Shown here: positions 21,877 through 31,112 of the stretch, one piece after another | Position numbering within the stretch: position 1 is the first letter of the stretch | Layout: the number at the start of each line of letters is the position of its first letter | Source of the DNA: a virus | Taxonomy: Duplodnaviria > Heunggongvirae > Uroviricota > Caudoviricetes | DNA length: 42,791 bases | Direction: 5' to 3' (one strand) | Virus record (IMG/VR): IMGVR_UViG_2537562189_000008 | Coordinates: 1-42,791 of that record | Notes under the pieces: model-generated | The model's input: the letters and a program-made list of their open reading frames with translations, nothing else | Told to the model about the DNA's origin: nothing | Databases searched by the model: none | Made by a program: the position numbers and the translations under genes

Positions 21877-22046
21877 AAATCCTGGTATTTGTAATGACTG
21901 GCTCTTATCTCAACGCAGCCCCTTACCGCGCGCCAGATGCTCAACTTCAAGCATCAGCAATGAGATGTTTAATCTGGATTCACTCCAGAAGTGATCACCA
22001 CCCTGTCTACAGAGCCAGATGTGAAGGATGATGAGTAAAATTATCG

Positions 22047-22517
22047 CTATCGCCGAAGGCATTGCGTCCTGATGTATTCCTGAAGCGTTCTCAGTGCTGT
22101 TTGGTCGCGGATAATTCCGTCCCGGACACCGAGAACGTTTCGTCCAGCAACTGGAGAGAGTTCGACGGTGGCATCATTGCCCATGCCGGAGGCGCCGGAG
22201 GTTTCGGCTGAGGATGGCACAGGGCATTTTCCTTTGACGAGCACCCTGCCACCATTATCAAGCTTGCGACGAAGAGCATCATTTTCAGCTTTCGCATCAG
22301 CTAACTCCTTCGTGTATTTAGCATCGAGTACATCAGCAGCACGCTGGCGTTGCTGCATGTCAGTAATGGTGGCGGTCGCCTGCTTCAGCTCACTGACTTT
22401 TTTATCTCGCTGCTCTTTGTAGGCGATGGCGTTATCACGGTAATGATTGACCGCCCATGACAGGCAGACGATGATGCAGATAACCAGAGCGGAGATAATC
22501 GCGGTTACTCTGCTCAT
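22047..22517 (-). CDS. Rz: Spanin, inner-membrane subunit (Rz)
   Basis: 156-aa ORF with N-terminal TM helix ([20 protein letters not shown]) then coiled-coil periplasmic domain; follows the endolysin gene. Confidence 0.9.
   Translation of the reverse strand: MSRVTAIISALVICIIVCLSWAVNHYRDNAIAYKEQRDKKVSELKQATATITDMQQRQRAADVLDAKYTKELADAKAENDALRRKLDNGGRVLVKGKCPVPSSAETSGASGMGNDATVELSPVAGRNVLGVRDGIIRDQTALRTLQEYIRTQCLRR
22091..22297 (-). CDS. Rz1: Spanin, outer-membrane lipoprotein subunit (Rz1), embedded in Rz in the +1 frame
   Basis: [21 protein letters not shown] with lipobox-like VAGC followed by Pro-rich segment [11 protein letters not shown]; entirely inside Rz. Confidence 0.85.
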   Translation of the reverse strand: MRKLKMMLFVASLIMVAGCSSKENALCHPQPKPPAPPAWAMMPPSNSLQLLDETFSVSGTELSATKQH

Positions 22518-22990
22518 ACCTCAATCTCTCTGACCGTTCCGCCAGCTTCTTTGAATTTTGCAATCAGGCTATCAGCCTTATGCTCGAACTGACCATAACC
22601 AGCCCCCGGCAGTGAAGCCCAGATATTGCTGCAACGGTCGATAGCCTGACGGATATCACCGCGATCAATCATCGGTAAAGCGCCACGCTCTTTAATCTGC
22701 TGCAATGCCACAGCGTCCTGGCTTTTGGGAGAGAAGTCTTTCAGGCCAAGCTGCTTACGATAGGCATCCCACCAACGGGAAAGAAGCTGGTAACGTCCGG
22801 CTGCTGTTGATTTGAGTTTGGGGTTTAGCGTGACAAGTTTGCGAGGGTGATCGGAGTAATCAGTAAATAGCTCTCCGCCAACAATGACGTCATAACCATG
22901 ATTTCTGGTTTTCTGACGTCCGTTATCTGTCCCCTCTGACCACGCCAGCATATCGAGGAACGCCTTACGTTGATTATTGATCTCCACCAT
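22514..22990 (-). CDS. R: Endolysin, lambda R-type lytic transglycosylase
   Basis: 158-aa product [51 protein letters not shown]... matches lambda R from memory. Confidence 0.92.
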   Translation of the reverse strand: MVEINNQRKAFLDMLAWSEGTDNGRQKTRNHGYDVIVGGELFTDYSDHPRKLVTLNPKLKSTAAGRYQLLSRWWDAYRKQLGLKDFSPKSQDAVALQQIKERGALPMIDRGDIRQAIDRCSNIWASLPGAGYGQFEHKADSLIAKFKEAGGTVREIEV

Positions 22991-23297
22991 CTTCTACTCC
23001 GGCTTTTTTAGCAGCGAAGCGTTTGATAAGCGAACCAATCGAGTCAGTACCGATGTAGCCGATGAACACGCTCGTTATATAAGCGAGATTGCTACTTAGT
23101 CCGGCGAAGTCGAGAAGGTCACGAATGAACCAGGCGATAATGGCGCACATCGTTGCGTCGATTACTGTTTTTGTAAACGCACCGCCATTATATCTGCCGC
23201 GAAGGTACGCCATTGCAAACGCAAGGATTGCCCCGATGCCTTGTTCCTTTGCCGCGAGAATGGCGGCTAACAGGTCATGTTTTTCTGGCATCTTCAT
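22974..23297 (-). CDS. S: Holin, lambda S-type (class I) with dual-start motif M-K-M
   Basis: 107-aa product [41 protein letters not shown]... matches lambda S from memory; three hydrophobic segments. Confidence 0.92.
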   Translation of the reverse strand: MKMPEKHDLLAAILAAKEQGIGAILAFAMAYLRGRYNGGAFTKTVIDATMCAIIAWFIRDLLDFAGLSSNLAYITSVFIGYIGTDSIGSLIKRFAAKKAGVEDGGDQ

Positions 23298-24084
23298 GTC
23301 TTACCCCCAATAAGGGGATTTGCTCTATTTAATTAGGAATAAGGTCGATTACTGATAGAACAAATCCAGGCTACTGTGTTTAGTAATCAGATTTGTTCGT
23401 GACCGATATGCACGGGCAAAACGGCATGAGGTTGTTAGTGCAACCTCTTGCCACCCGCTTTCACGAAGGTCATGTGTAGAAGGCCGCAGCATAACTATCA
23501 CTGATGAATTCAGGATAGTCAGTGGCTACGGCTCAGTTTGGGTTGTGCTGTTGCTGGGCGGCGATGACGCCTGTACGCATTTGGTGATCCGGTTCTGCTT
23601 CCGGTATTCGCTTAATTCAGCACAACGGAAAGAGCACTGTATGTTGCCGGGCCAGATGTCGGCTGCACAGGGAGTCATTGCCGACCCACGCCCTAAACAC
23701 ATTCGTAAATGCGCTTAGGGTTGTCTCCCCTGGTATCCAGTTATTCCCCGGCTGGGGATACTCCGCGCGACGCTAATGCGTTTCGTCCCTCATGGACTCG
23801 TCAGGCGCGCAATGCTCTTACCTGTTGTGTGCCCATTATTAATCACACCGGGCCAGTGCGCCGAATTTGTTTACAAGGAGTCGGAAGACCTTGCTGACTT
23901 ACAGGCTATTACGCCGCCATCAGAACAACATCATCGTTTGCATTTATCTTTGTGGTCAGTTTCTAAAAAACCGCAAAGTCGCCAACTCTGACGAAAACTA
24001 TCGTTGTGCTGCCACAACGATAAGAGCACTCGGTGCATTTAAGCCAAGCCCCATAAGGGAGAATGCTCTTACCTGTTACACAGA

Positions 24085-24143
24085 TATAAAAAATCCCGAA
24101 ACCGTTATGCAGGCTCTAACTATTACCTGCGAACTGTTTCGGG
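24085..24143 (-). terminator. tR'-like terminator ending the short late leader (6S-type) RNA
   Basis: Minus-strand long hairpin (CCCGAAAC...GTTTCGGG) followed by ATTTTTTATATCTG; about 190 nt downstream of the pR' -10 element. Confidence 0.75.
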
Positions 24144-24286
24144 ATTGCATTTTACAGACCTCTCAGCCTGCGATGGTTGGAGTTCCAGACGATGCGTCGA
24201 AGTGACCAACTAGGCGGAATCGGTAGTAAGCGCCGCCTCTTTTCATCTCACTACCACAACGAGCGAATTAACCCATCGTTTGGTCA

Positions 24287-24315
24287 AATTTACCCAACTT
24301 TATTCAAAAAGTCAA
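24287..24315 (-). promoter_or_regulatory. Late promoter pR' with overlapping qut (Q-utilisation) region
   Basis: Minus-strand TTGACT (-35, 24310..24315), 17-bp spacer, TAAATT (-10, 24287..24292); located about 70 nt downstream of the Q stop codon as in lambda. Confidence 0.8.
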
Positions 24316-24357
24316 TATCATGCCGTTAATATGTTGCCATCCGTGGCAATCATGCTG

Positions 24358-24981
24358 CTAACGTGTGACCGCATTCAAAATGTTGTCTGCGATTGACTCT
24401 TCTTTGTGGCATTGCACCACCAGAGCGTCATACAGCGGCTTAACAGTGCGTGACCAGGTGGGTTGAGTAAGGTTTGGGATTAGCATCGTTACAGCGCGAT
24501 ATGCGGCGCTTGCTGGCATCCTTGAATAGCCGACACCTTTGCATCTTCCGCATTCTTTCTCAACAACTCTCCCCCACTGCTCTGTTTTTGCTATATCAAC
24601 CGCACGGCCTGTACCGTGACAATCTCTGCATCTTGCACCCGGCGTTGCGGCACTACGGCAATAATCCGCATAAGCGAATGTTGCGAGAACTTGCAGTACC
24701 TTTGCCTTAGTATTTCCTTCAAGCTTTGCCACACCACGGTATTTCCCCGATACCTTGTGTGCAAATTGCATCAGATAGTTGATAGCCTTTTGTTTGTCGT
24801 TCTGGCTGAGTTCATGCTTACCGCAGAATGCAGCCATTCCGAATCCGGCTTGTGATTGCGCCATCCCCATAGCAGCCATCACATCAGTACCGGAAAGAGA
24901 GTCAGAAGCCGTGGCCCGTGGTGAGTCGCTCATCATCGGGCTTTTTGGCGAATGAAATTTAGCTACGCTTTCGAGTCTCAT
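24358..24981 (-). CDS. Q: Late antiterminator Q (lambda-type)
   Basis: 207-aa product MRLESVAKFHSPKSPMMSDSPRATASDSLSGTDVMAAMGMAQ... with zinc-binding C..C..C..C region; matches lambda Q from memory. Confidence 0.92.
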   Translation of the reverse strand: MRLESVAKFHSPKSPMMSDSPRATASDSLSGTDVMAAMGMAQSQAGFGMAAFCGKHELSQNDKQKAINYLMQFAHKVSGKYRGVAKLEGNTKAKVLQVLATFAYADYCRSAATPGARCRDCHGTGRAVDIAKTEQWGRVVEKECGRCKGVGYSRMPASAAYRAVTMLIPNLTQPTWSRTVKPLYDALVVQCHKEESIADNILNAVTR

Positions 24982-25166
24982 CGTCTTCCCCTCTTGCCCT
25001 GTTTGACCATCAGGACGCCGTTAACTATTACGTGACGCTCGCCTTTGCTGTCTCGGTTGTACTTGAGCACTGTTCCTCTTGCGCAGGAAAGTATCCTCGC
25101 CACTTCGGTCTGATTGCCTCGTGTCTGGATAAGAAGCTCTGGTATCGTTTGAATTGTGGCGTTCAT
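24978..25166 (-). CDS. ninH: NinH-like protein
   Basis: 62-aa ORF; motif GNQTEVAR...C.RGTV.KY...G..H.IVN.VLMV matches recalled lambda NinH; stop overlaps Q start (ATGA). Confidence 0.75.
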   Translation of the reverse strand: MNATIQTIPELLIQTRGNQTEVARILSCARGTVLKYNRDSKGERHVIVNGVLMVKQGKRGRR

Positions 25167-25525
25167 ACGTTCTCCAGTTCGGTGATTTTTATTCCAAGCC
25201 GTCCGCCTGGTACTTTCACACCACGAATTACGCGAATGTCATCGAATTGCTCGTCGTCTTCCGCAAATCCGGCGTGGATAAGGGAGTCGAGTAAACCTTT
25301 CAGGATGTTGTCGAGGTCGCGGCGGCGAGAGTCTGGAACGTCTGCGATGACTTTGATGCGGAGTCGTGATTTGGTGAAAATGTCTAACTTGAGTTGGCGG
25401 ATTATTTGCTGTACATCTTTTCGGTATTTCTGGCCTTTATCGCTGATGTAGTATTGGCTTCCCCTTCTTCGCCAGTAGGTATTCACCGACGGCGGGTATG
25501 GAAGCACAAACTGATATTCGCTCAT
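25163..25525 (-). CDS. rusA: Holliday-junction resolvase RusA
   Basis: 120-aa ORF; motifs LPYPPSVNTYW and PDSRRRDLDNILKGLLDSL match RusA family. Confidence 0.85.
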   Translation of the reverse strand: MSEYQFVLPYPPSVNTYWRRRGSQYYISDKGQKYRKDVQQIIRQLKLDIFTKSRLRIKVIADVPDSRRRDLDNILKGLLDSLIHAGFAEDDEQFDDIRVIRGVKVPGGRLGIKITELENV

Positions 25526-25812
25526 GACTTAATCTTCCCCTCCTTCAGCAGTATCGCCTGCGTCCTGATCACGCCTTCGAGGTGGTAAAGTCTGGCGTCT
25601 TTGTTGTCGAGATTATGGGTGCGTCGGTCGATTTCATCGTGACACGCGCTACAAGCCCATGCGCCGATCAGGTCGTCAGGCTTCATTCCCGTTCCGCAAA
25701 TTCCAGCCATCCGGTAATGTGCCAGAACTGTAGTTTCAGGATTACCATTGCATACGCCGTAAATACGTACCTGGCATTCTCTGCCGCGCGCTTCTTTGCG
25801 TAGTTTAGCCAT
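25522..25812 (-). CDS. DUF1364/YbcO-like cysteine-rich nin-region protein
   Basis: 96-aa ORF with Cys cluster (RECQVRIYGVCNG...ACSACHDEID) typical of lambdoid YbcO-like proteins. Confidence 0.6.
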   Translation of the reverse strand: MAKLRKEARGRECQVRIYGVCNGNPETTVLAHYRMAGICGTGMKPDDLIGAWACSACHDEIDRRTHNLDNKDARLYHLEGVIRTQAILLKEGKIKS

Positions 25813-26534
25813 TAAGCAGCCTCCCCTGTTACTTTCAGCATTCCGCTATAGAGCAGCCTTCTGGTCAGCCACTGTTGACCACGCCCGGTGATTTTTGTGG
25901 TGAACGATATCTGTATTCCGTGATTTGTGTTGAACGCTGTTTCTTTCACTGTGAAATAGCCGCGATCCATATATTCCTGCATTGGCACATTGCGCCGGGA
26001 ACCTGAAGCAATAAGGATTTTGTGATCGCGCATCCACGCAAACAGTTTGTTTGGACCAATACCGACAACCTTTGCAAAGTTTCCAATCAAAATTCCGCTG
26101 GCCTCGCCAACGCGATCGGCAAACTCAACTTTAGGTGCGGCAATTGCGAGCTGGTTTTCCAGTTGCATTTTCTGCTCAGCAAGATCAGCAGCAAGGCGCA
26201 ACGCTTCTGGTAGCGTTTTGGGGATATTAACCGCAGCTTCTTCAAGCTCTCGCCAGCGGTCAACAAGGCGAGCGGTGAATTCCGGCGACAACTGGGCAAC
26301 AACGACAATACTGTCTCGCTTACCTTGTTCGCCTTCGAAAACGTAATGCTCGTACTGAACATTGAACCCTAAGTTATTGATTCTTTCGGAAACCTCAATT
26401 TGAGGAAGCCGGATAACACCATTTTTAGCCAGCGTTTCGATGGTACGTTTCACATTGTCATGACGCTTACCAACCAACTCAGCGATTTCAATGCTTGTCA
26501 TTTTGATGGCATTGCCATTTATTAACTCATTCAT
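25812..26534 (-). CDS. Rha-family regulatory protein with C-terminal KilAC/ANT domain (antirepressor-like)
   Basis: N-terminal IEIAELVGKRHDNVKRTIETL (Rha-like) and C-terminal FAKVVGIGPNKLFAWMRDHKILIASG...NVPMQEYMDRGYF (KilAC-like). Confidence 0.7.
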   Translation of the reverse strand: MNELINGNAIKMTSIEIAELVGKRHDNVKRTIETLAKNGVIRLPQIEVSERINNLGFNVQYEHYVFEGEQGKRDSIVVVAQLSPEFTARLVDRWRELEEAAVNIPKTLPEALRLAADLAEQKMQLENQLAIAAPKVEFADRVGEASGILIGNFAKVVGIGPNKLFAWMRDHKILIASGSRRNVPMQEYMDRGYFTVKETAFNTNHGIQISFTTKITGRGQQWLTRRLLYSGMLKVTGEAA

Positions 26535-26703
26535 CGTCTTCTTCCTCGTACATTGAGCTATTCGGATCGCTCATAAGCTCTGCGCAGCAATCGGAGCACA
26601 CGTGAACTTCCAGAACATGCAGCTTCTGACCGCAGTTAGCGCACGTTAAAGCTCGCTCGACGCTTTCTTTCTGGTATTGAAGGGATTGGGATGGGCTAAG
26701 CAT
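26527..26703 (-). CDS. ninF: NinF-like protein
   Basis: 58-aa product from internal [57 protein letters not shown] matches lambda NinF from memory; ORF track frame extends to 26760. Confidence 0.75.
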   Translation of the reverse strand: MLSPSQSLQYQKESVERALTCANCGQKLHVLEVHVCSDCCAELMSDPNSSMYEEEDDE

Positions 26704-27103
26704 GGCTTTCACCATTAAAAAGTCGCTTGTAAGCATCAATGTCTCGTTTTGCTTCACCAAGCTTTCGTCTTAATTCCATGTTTTCTGATTCAAGCTTTTC
26801 CATGTCTTGTTGGTATCGATCGCGGTGTTCTTTCCATGCTTTTTGATACGCCTTCATGTATGTCATGTTGGCCTTTCTCTTTGCCTGACGAACTGCGTGG
26901 TGGTTTTTCACAAACCAGTCAGGGTCGTTAAATGCTGCTCTGGCGCATGTATACCAATAATTTGTTGCCTCCCTGTTTAGCCAATAAATACTGATAAATG
27001 GCAACCGGATAGACACCATTTTTCGTTGTGACTCTTTCTCGCCAAACATGTGGCCTTTTTTGATGCTAAGTCCAAATCCAGGTTGAATTAAAAGCATTGT
27101 CAT
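26696..27103 (-). CDS. Hypothetical nin-region protein (NinX-position), start coupled to ninE stop
   Basis: ORF 26696..27139; ATG at 27103 overlaps ninE stop (ATGA); basic/coiled-coil C-terminus. Confidence 0.5.
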   Translation of the reverse strand: MTMLLIQPGFGLSIKKGHMFGEKESQRKMVSIRLPFISIYWLNREATNYWYTCARAAFNDPDWFVKNHHAVRQAKRKANMTYMKAYQKAWKEHRDRYQQDMEKLESENMELRRKLGEAKRDIDAYKRLFNGESHA

Positions 27104-27276
27104 TTCCTCGCACGATGTCTTAGCCACCGGATATCCCACAGGTGAGCCGTGTAGTTGAAGGTTTTTACGTCAGATTCTTTTGGGATTGGCTTGCGTTTAT
27201 TTCTGGAGCGTTTCGTTGGAAGGTATTTGCAGTTTTCGCAGATGATGTCGGTGATACTTCGTCGCTGTCGTCTCAT
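27100..27276 (-). CDS. ninE: NinE-like protein (58 aa; below ORF-track size cut-off)
   Basis: Own translation [58 protein letters not shown] matches recalled lambda NinE; start overlaps upstream stop (ATGA). Confidence 0.7.
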   Translation of the reverse strand: MRRQRRSITDIICENCKYLPTKRSRNKRKPIPKESDVKTFNYTAHLWDIRWLRHRARK

Positions 27277-28118
27277 GCCGCATCCTCAAAATTAAATCCA
27301 AGCTGACATGAAAATGCTTCACATGATTCAGAACACGAACCTGAATCATACTGTCGCATTGATGTCATTCTTGAGGCTAACTCATCTCTTGATATATCAC
27401 TAAACAAGGCAATCAGTGATTTAAGTGTATTATTCCCTCGATACATAACCGGTTCCTTTCCTGTTTTTATTTCTGTATCAAGGATGTTGATAAATGCATC
27501 TGCAAGTTCTGGCTCATCCATGGCTGCCAGCGCAACCTTTTGCATACTTTTTTTTATACAGAAAACACAATTACCAAGATGCTCCTGTATGCCAAGATCA
27601 AACTTCTGCCCACTCCACCAATCAAGCACATCCTGTTTTTCAAAATCGCTTATATCAGCCAGGTACCGAAAACCATTAGCCCTTTTAAGCCTGTTTGGTT
27701 CATCTGTGCGAATGCCAAGCCATGTGATGTAATTTCCTTTCCCAAACTTTTCCTGACAATATTTGGTGAATGGAACAGACTTCATTCTGTCGGTACAGAA
27801 CGCACCGCCGATATATGGATGTCCGTATTTATTCAACATCCTTTTCCACGGTATAAGATCTGGACCAATATCAGTGACACCTATCTCTTCATAACTACTG
27901 GCCTTCCCCATTTCTGGATTAGGTATTACACGAAGGCAATGTAAGTCTATTTTCCAGTTACTGACGATATTTCGGATGAACTCATATGTTTTAGGGTGCT
28001 CTGCCCCTGTATCCATGAAAACGTAATGCACGTCTTCACCAGCCTGTCGCTTTTGCTCCATTAGCCAGAGCAAATATGCTGACGTCCTGCCACCGGAGAA
28101 ACTAACGACATTTATCAT
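27273..28118 (-). CDS. NinC-like PAPS-reductase-family (PP-loop ATP pyrophosphatase fold) protein
   Basis: PP-loop motif [14 protein letters not shown] near the N-terminus when started at the ATG overlapping ninB stop; ORF track frame extends to 28178. Confidence 0.7.
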   Translation of the reverse strand: MINVVSFSGGRTSAYLLWLMEQKRQAGEDVHYVFMDTGAEHPKTYEFIRNIVSNWKIDLHCLRVIPNPEMGKASSYEEIGVTDIGPDLIPWKRMLNKYGHPYIGGAFCTDRMKSVPFTKYCQEKFGKGNYITWLGIRTDEPNRLKRANGFRYLADISDFEKQDVLDWWSGQKFDLGIQEHLGNCVFCIKKSMQKVALAAMDEPELADAFINILDTEIKTGKEPVMYRGNNTLKSLIALFSDISRDELASRMTSMRQYDSGSCSESCEAFSCQLGFNFEDAA

Positions 28119-28555
28119 GCAGCCTTGTCTCCCCATCTTGCTTTCCACTCCAGAGCCAGTCGCGCTTCGTCTGACCACTTAACGCCACGCTCTGTACCGA
28201 ATGCCTGTATAAGCTCTAATAGCTCCGCAAATTCGCTTACACGCATCCTGCTGGTTGACTGGCCTATTACCACAAAGCCATTCCCGGCAAGGTTAGGAAC
28301 AACATCCTGCTGCTTTAATGCTGCGGTAAACACACACTTCCAGCTTTCTGCATCCAGCCAGCGACCATGCCATTCAACCTGACGAGAGACGTCACCAAGG
28401 CAAGCCCAAAGCTTCCTGTTTTGGTCTAAGCTGCGGTTGCGTTCCTGAATGGTTACTACGATTGGTTTGGTTGGGTCTGGAAGGATTTGCTGTACCGCGT
28501 GAATAGCGTTTTGCTGATGTGCTGGAGATCGAATTTCAAAGGTTAGTTTTTTCAT
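28115..28555 (-). CDS. ninB: NinB (Orf-family recombination mediator)
   Basis: 146-aa product MKKLTFEIRSPAHQQNAIHAVQQILPDPTKPIVVTIQERNRSLDQNRKLWACLGDV... matches lambda NinB from memory. Confidence 0.88.
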   Translation of the reverse strand: MKKLTFEIRSPAHQQNAIHAVQQILPDPTKPIVVTIQERNRSLDQNRKLWACLGDVSRQVEWHGRWLDAESWKCVFTAALKQQDVVPNLAGNGFVVIGQSTSRMRVSEFAELLELIQAFGTERGVKWSDEARLALEWKARWGDKAA

Positions 28556-28571
28556 GACTTCCCTCTCCCCC

Positions 28572-28603
28572 AAATAAAAAGGCCTGCGATTACCAGCAGG
28601 CCT
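28572..28603 (-). terminator. tR2-like rho-independent terminator between helicase gene and ninB
   Basis: Minus-strand hairpin AGGCCTGC-TGGTAATC-GCAGGCCT followed by TTTTTATTTG. Confidence 0.65.
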
Positions 28604-28631
28604 GTTATTAGCTCAGTGATGTAGATGGTCA

Positions 28632-31112
28632 TCAGAATCCTCCTTTCTTCTTGGACTGCGGTTCCTCGCGTTCACGTCGGCGCATTTCAGCAGACTGTTG
28701 GTCTGTGTCATAAATAGCGCCATTTGCCTGAATGCAATACACCGTGCCGGTATTGCCATGACGATTGAGACGAAGGATTAGTTCGGTTTCACCAGGTGGA
28801 ACACTGTCATCAAAAGCGCCTTCACGATGGATCCCAACCCAATAATCGCAATCCTGTTCAATCTGCCCTGTATCTCGTGAGTCACTTGGTAATGGGCGTT
28901 TATTGGTTCGGCTTTCCAGTGCGCGGTTAAGCTGTGTCAGAAGCACAACAACGCAATCAAGCTCTTTGGCAAGGTTCTTCAGTCCTTTGGTGATCATGCC
29001 GTAAGCAAGGTCGTTGCGATCGGCCTTCTCAGCGGTCATTAGTGTCAGGTAATCGACCAGAATCATGCCAACACATCCTTTTTCTCGCTTGATTCGACGG
29101 CTTTCGCTGACGATTTGAGCCAGAGATAATCCCGGCGTGTCGTCGATGTAAAGCATGTCGATTTCACTCAAGCGATTAGCTGTTTCGATCGCCCTGTTGA
29201 AGTCACCATCGTAATCACCCTGATAGCCGTCATCAGCGTCATTTGTCGCCGGAAGGTAAAAAATATTCGGGTTAACACCAGACTTCTGCCCTACCAGTTT
29301 TTCCAGTATCTGGTCACCTGGCATTTCAAGGCTGAACATCAGAGCGGGCTTTTTCTCATGCACTGCGCAGTTGATTGCCATCTGGCTGTATAGCGTGGTG
29401 TTGTGGGTTAGAATGTATCCGTCAGTTGCATACAAATGTCTCTCGTGGGATACCATGATGCAAATGCACTCTTCACGTCCAATATACTCAACCGACGTGA
29501 TAACAGGCGCACTTGTTTTGATGCGTTTTGCAGTGAATTTTTGCTTCAGGCGTGGAGATTTTATGTGTGATAGAACCTCATCAGGCAACCTGATTGCGCA
29601 AATATGGGCATCCATACCTTTGCGCATTTCTCCCTTATAACTGAATTTCGGCTCCTGTTTGGTTGTCATACGACACACGCCACCAAGAGAATGCACCAGC
29701 CGCTTTACACCATCTGACAGGAACTTGCTTGCCGAGCTAAAGCGCAGGGCATTATTTCCTTCAACCCAACCATCGGTTTCAAGTAATCCGCATAGAACAT
29801 CAATACGAGTTTGCTTATCAGCAGAAAAAATAATATCCGGGATAATTTTAATCTCTGACATCCGGCCGTAGATACCAAGCCGTTGCATAACCCGCGTAAG
29901 AGATAATTTGCGGCTAAACTTGTGAGATAGGGAGTAATCGCAGCCAGAAACATGCCTGACTTCAATATCGTCACCCACTTCAGATCTTACTCGCTCAATG
30001 ATGTATGGTTCCGTCATGCTGATTCGTGGCGTACCTGCAAGATTTCCATCGCCAAGTAACGCACCTAACAGCCATGGGCTAATCCCTAAATCAACAGGCA
30101 ATCCGAAGTCACCGCTAATACCAGGAACATGAATGCGGCTTTGATAGCGAACGCATTCCATCATGTCCCGTAGGCGGCAGGTGTCTACAACATCAACGCC
30201 ACCGGTAATACGGTTACTATGAATTTCCCACAAATGATCATCCGCGCAATCAACGGTTCTTCCGTCAGAGAACGTAACTCGGTAAATATCTCGCTCCCCT
30301 TGAGGAAAAACTCCAGACACGAATGATGGTTGTCCATCCACTGATGCTAGGGAATCTCCAACACATACGTCACGAAATGTTGTCCATGAACCATCAGCAA
30401 GCAAAATGCGTGAATTAAGCGGTTGCGCTTTCCCCATCTTAGGGCGAGCGCCAATGACAAACAGAGAGCCTTTCACCAGACCTTTCGGTGACAGCATCCT
30501 GTCCAGCGATGGGATCCCTGTGCTCATTCCTCGTTGTTCGCCTGACGGGTCAAATCGCTTCTCAAGGTCGCTAACCCAGTCTTCCATGACCTCACCAAAT
30601 GAGCGAAGGCCGCGACGCGATCCGGTTTTTGCATGGTCTGTCAGTTGCGTGAAAATCGACTGAATAGCTTCGTACTTCTGCGTTGCAGTCATTCCGTTGC
30701 GGGAATAGAGCAATTCCGTCGCTTCAGTCATGCGGTTGATGGCGTAGCGTTCCATTGCGGTTTCGCGAACCTGCATTGCATAAGCAACGATGTTTGCTGC
30801 GCTTGGCGTGTTCTTTGCGATCTCAGCGATATAAGCAAAACCGCCAACAGACACCGTTAACGATTTGCGCTCCAGTTCATCGAAAAGCGTCAGGCCATCT
30901 ACTGGCTTTTGCTCCCGGTGCATTCTGGTTATTTCTTCGAAAAGGATTTTGTGTGGTCGGCTGTAAAATGAATCAGGCTTCAGCATCGCCAGAACTTTCT
31001 GGACGCGCTCACTGCTGTCATCATCCAGAAGCAATCCACCAATCACCGCCTGCTCTGCCTCGATGCTATGGGGCGGCGCATAAAAATTATCGGTCATCGT
31101 GTTCACCCTCAC
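28632..31112 (-). CDS. Replicative DNA helicase (DnaB family, P22 gene 12-like) interrupted by an intein
   Basis: 826-aa ORF; DnaB N-terminal domain (YAPPHSIEAEQAVIGGLLLDDD); Walker A GARPKMGK split from its Thr and the downstream DnaB motifs (TLYSQMAINCA...MFSLEM) by a 343-aa insertion bearing Hint and LAGLIDADG motifs. Confidence 0.88.
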   Translation of the reverse strand: MRVNTMTDNFYAPPHSIEAEQAVIGGLLLDDDSSERVQKVLAMLKPDSFYSRPHKILFEEITRMHREQKPVDGLTLFDELERKSLTVSVGGFAYIAEIAKNTPSAANIVAYAMQVRETAMERYAINRMTEATELLYSRNGMTATQKYEAIQSIFTQLTDHAKTGSRRGLRSFGEVMEDWVSDLEKRFDPSGEQRGMSTGIPSLDRMLSPKGLVKGSLFVIGARPKMGKAQPLNSRILLADGSWTTFRDVCVGDSLASVDGQPSFVSGVFPQGERDIYRVTFSDGRTVDCADDHLWEIHSNRITGGVDVVDTCRLRDMMECVRYQSRIHVPGISGDFGLPVDLGISPWLLGALLGDGNLAGTPRISMTEPYIIERVRSEVGDDIEVRHVSGCDYSLSHKFSRKLSLTRVMQRLGIYGRMSEIKIIPDIIFSADKQTRIDVLCGLLETDGWVEGNNALRFSSASKFLSDGVKRLVHSLGGVCRMTTKQEPKFSYKGEMRKGMDAHICAIRLPDEVLSHIKSPRLKQKFTAKRIKTSAPVITSVEYIGREECICIMVSHERHLYATDGYILTHNTTLYSQMAINCAVHEKKPALMFSLEMPGDQILEKLVGQKSGVNPNIFYLPATNDADDGYQGDYDGDFNRAIETANRLSEIDMLYIDDTPGLSLAQIVSESRRIKREKGCVGMILVDYLTLMTAEKADRNDLAYGMITKGLKNLAKELDCVVVLLTQLNRALESRTNKRPLPSDSRDTGQIEQDCDYWVGIHREGAFDDSVPPGETELILRLNRHGNTGTVYCIQANGAIYDTDQQSAEMRRREREEPQSKKKGGF
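29400..30428 (-). other. Intein (Hint splicing domain plus LAGLIDADG homing endonuclease) inserted in the helicase P-loop; Ala at position 1 with Trp, Cys and Thr at the positions expected for a class-3-type intein
   Basis: Residues A229..N571 of the helicase ORF: block A-like ILLADGSW...CVGDSLASVDG, block B-like GRTVDCADDHLW, LAGLIDADG motifs LLGALLGDGNL and LCGLLETDGWVEG, C-terminal ...CICIMV...YILTHN followed by Thr as +1 extein residue restoring GK-T. Confidence 0.75.

Noticed and set aside
21706-22046. bor-like lipoprotein gene on the opposite strand downstream of Rz, as in lambda
   Set aside because: No ORF with a lipoprotein signal is present there; the only plus-strand ATG frame is about 25 codons and lacks a signal peptide
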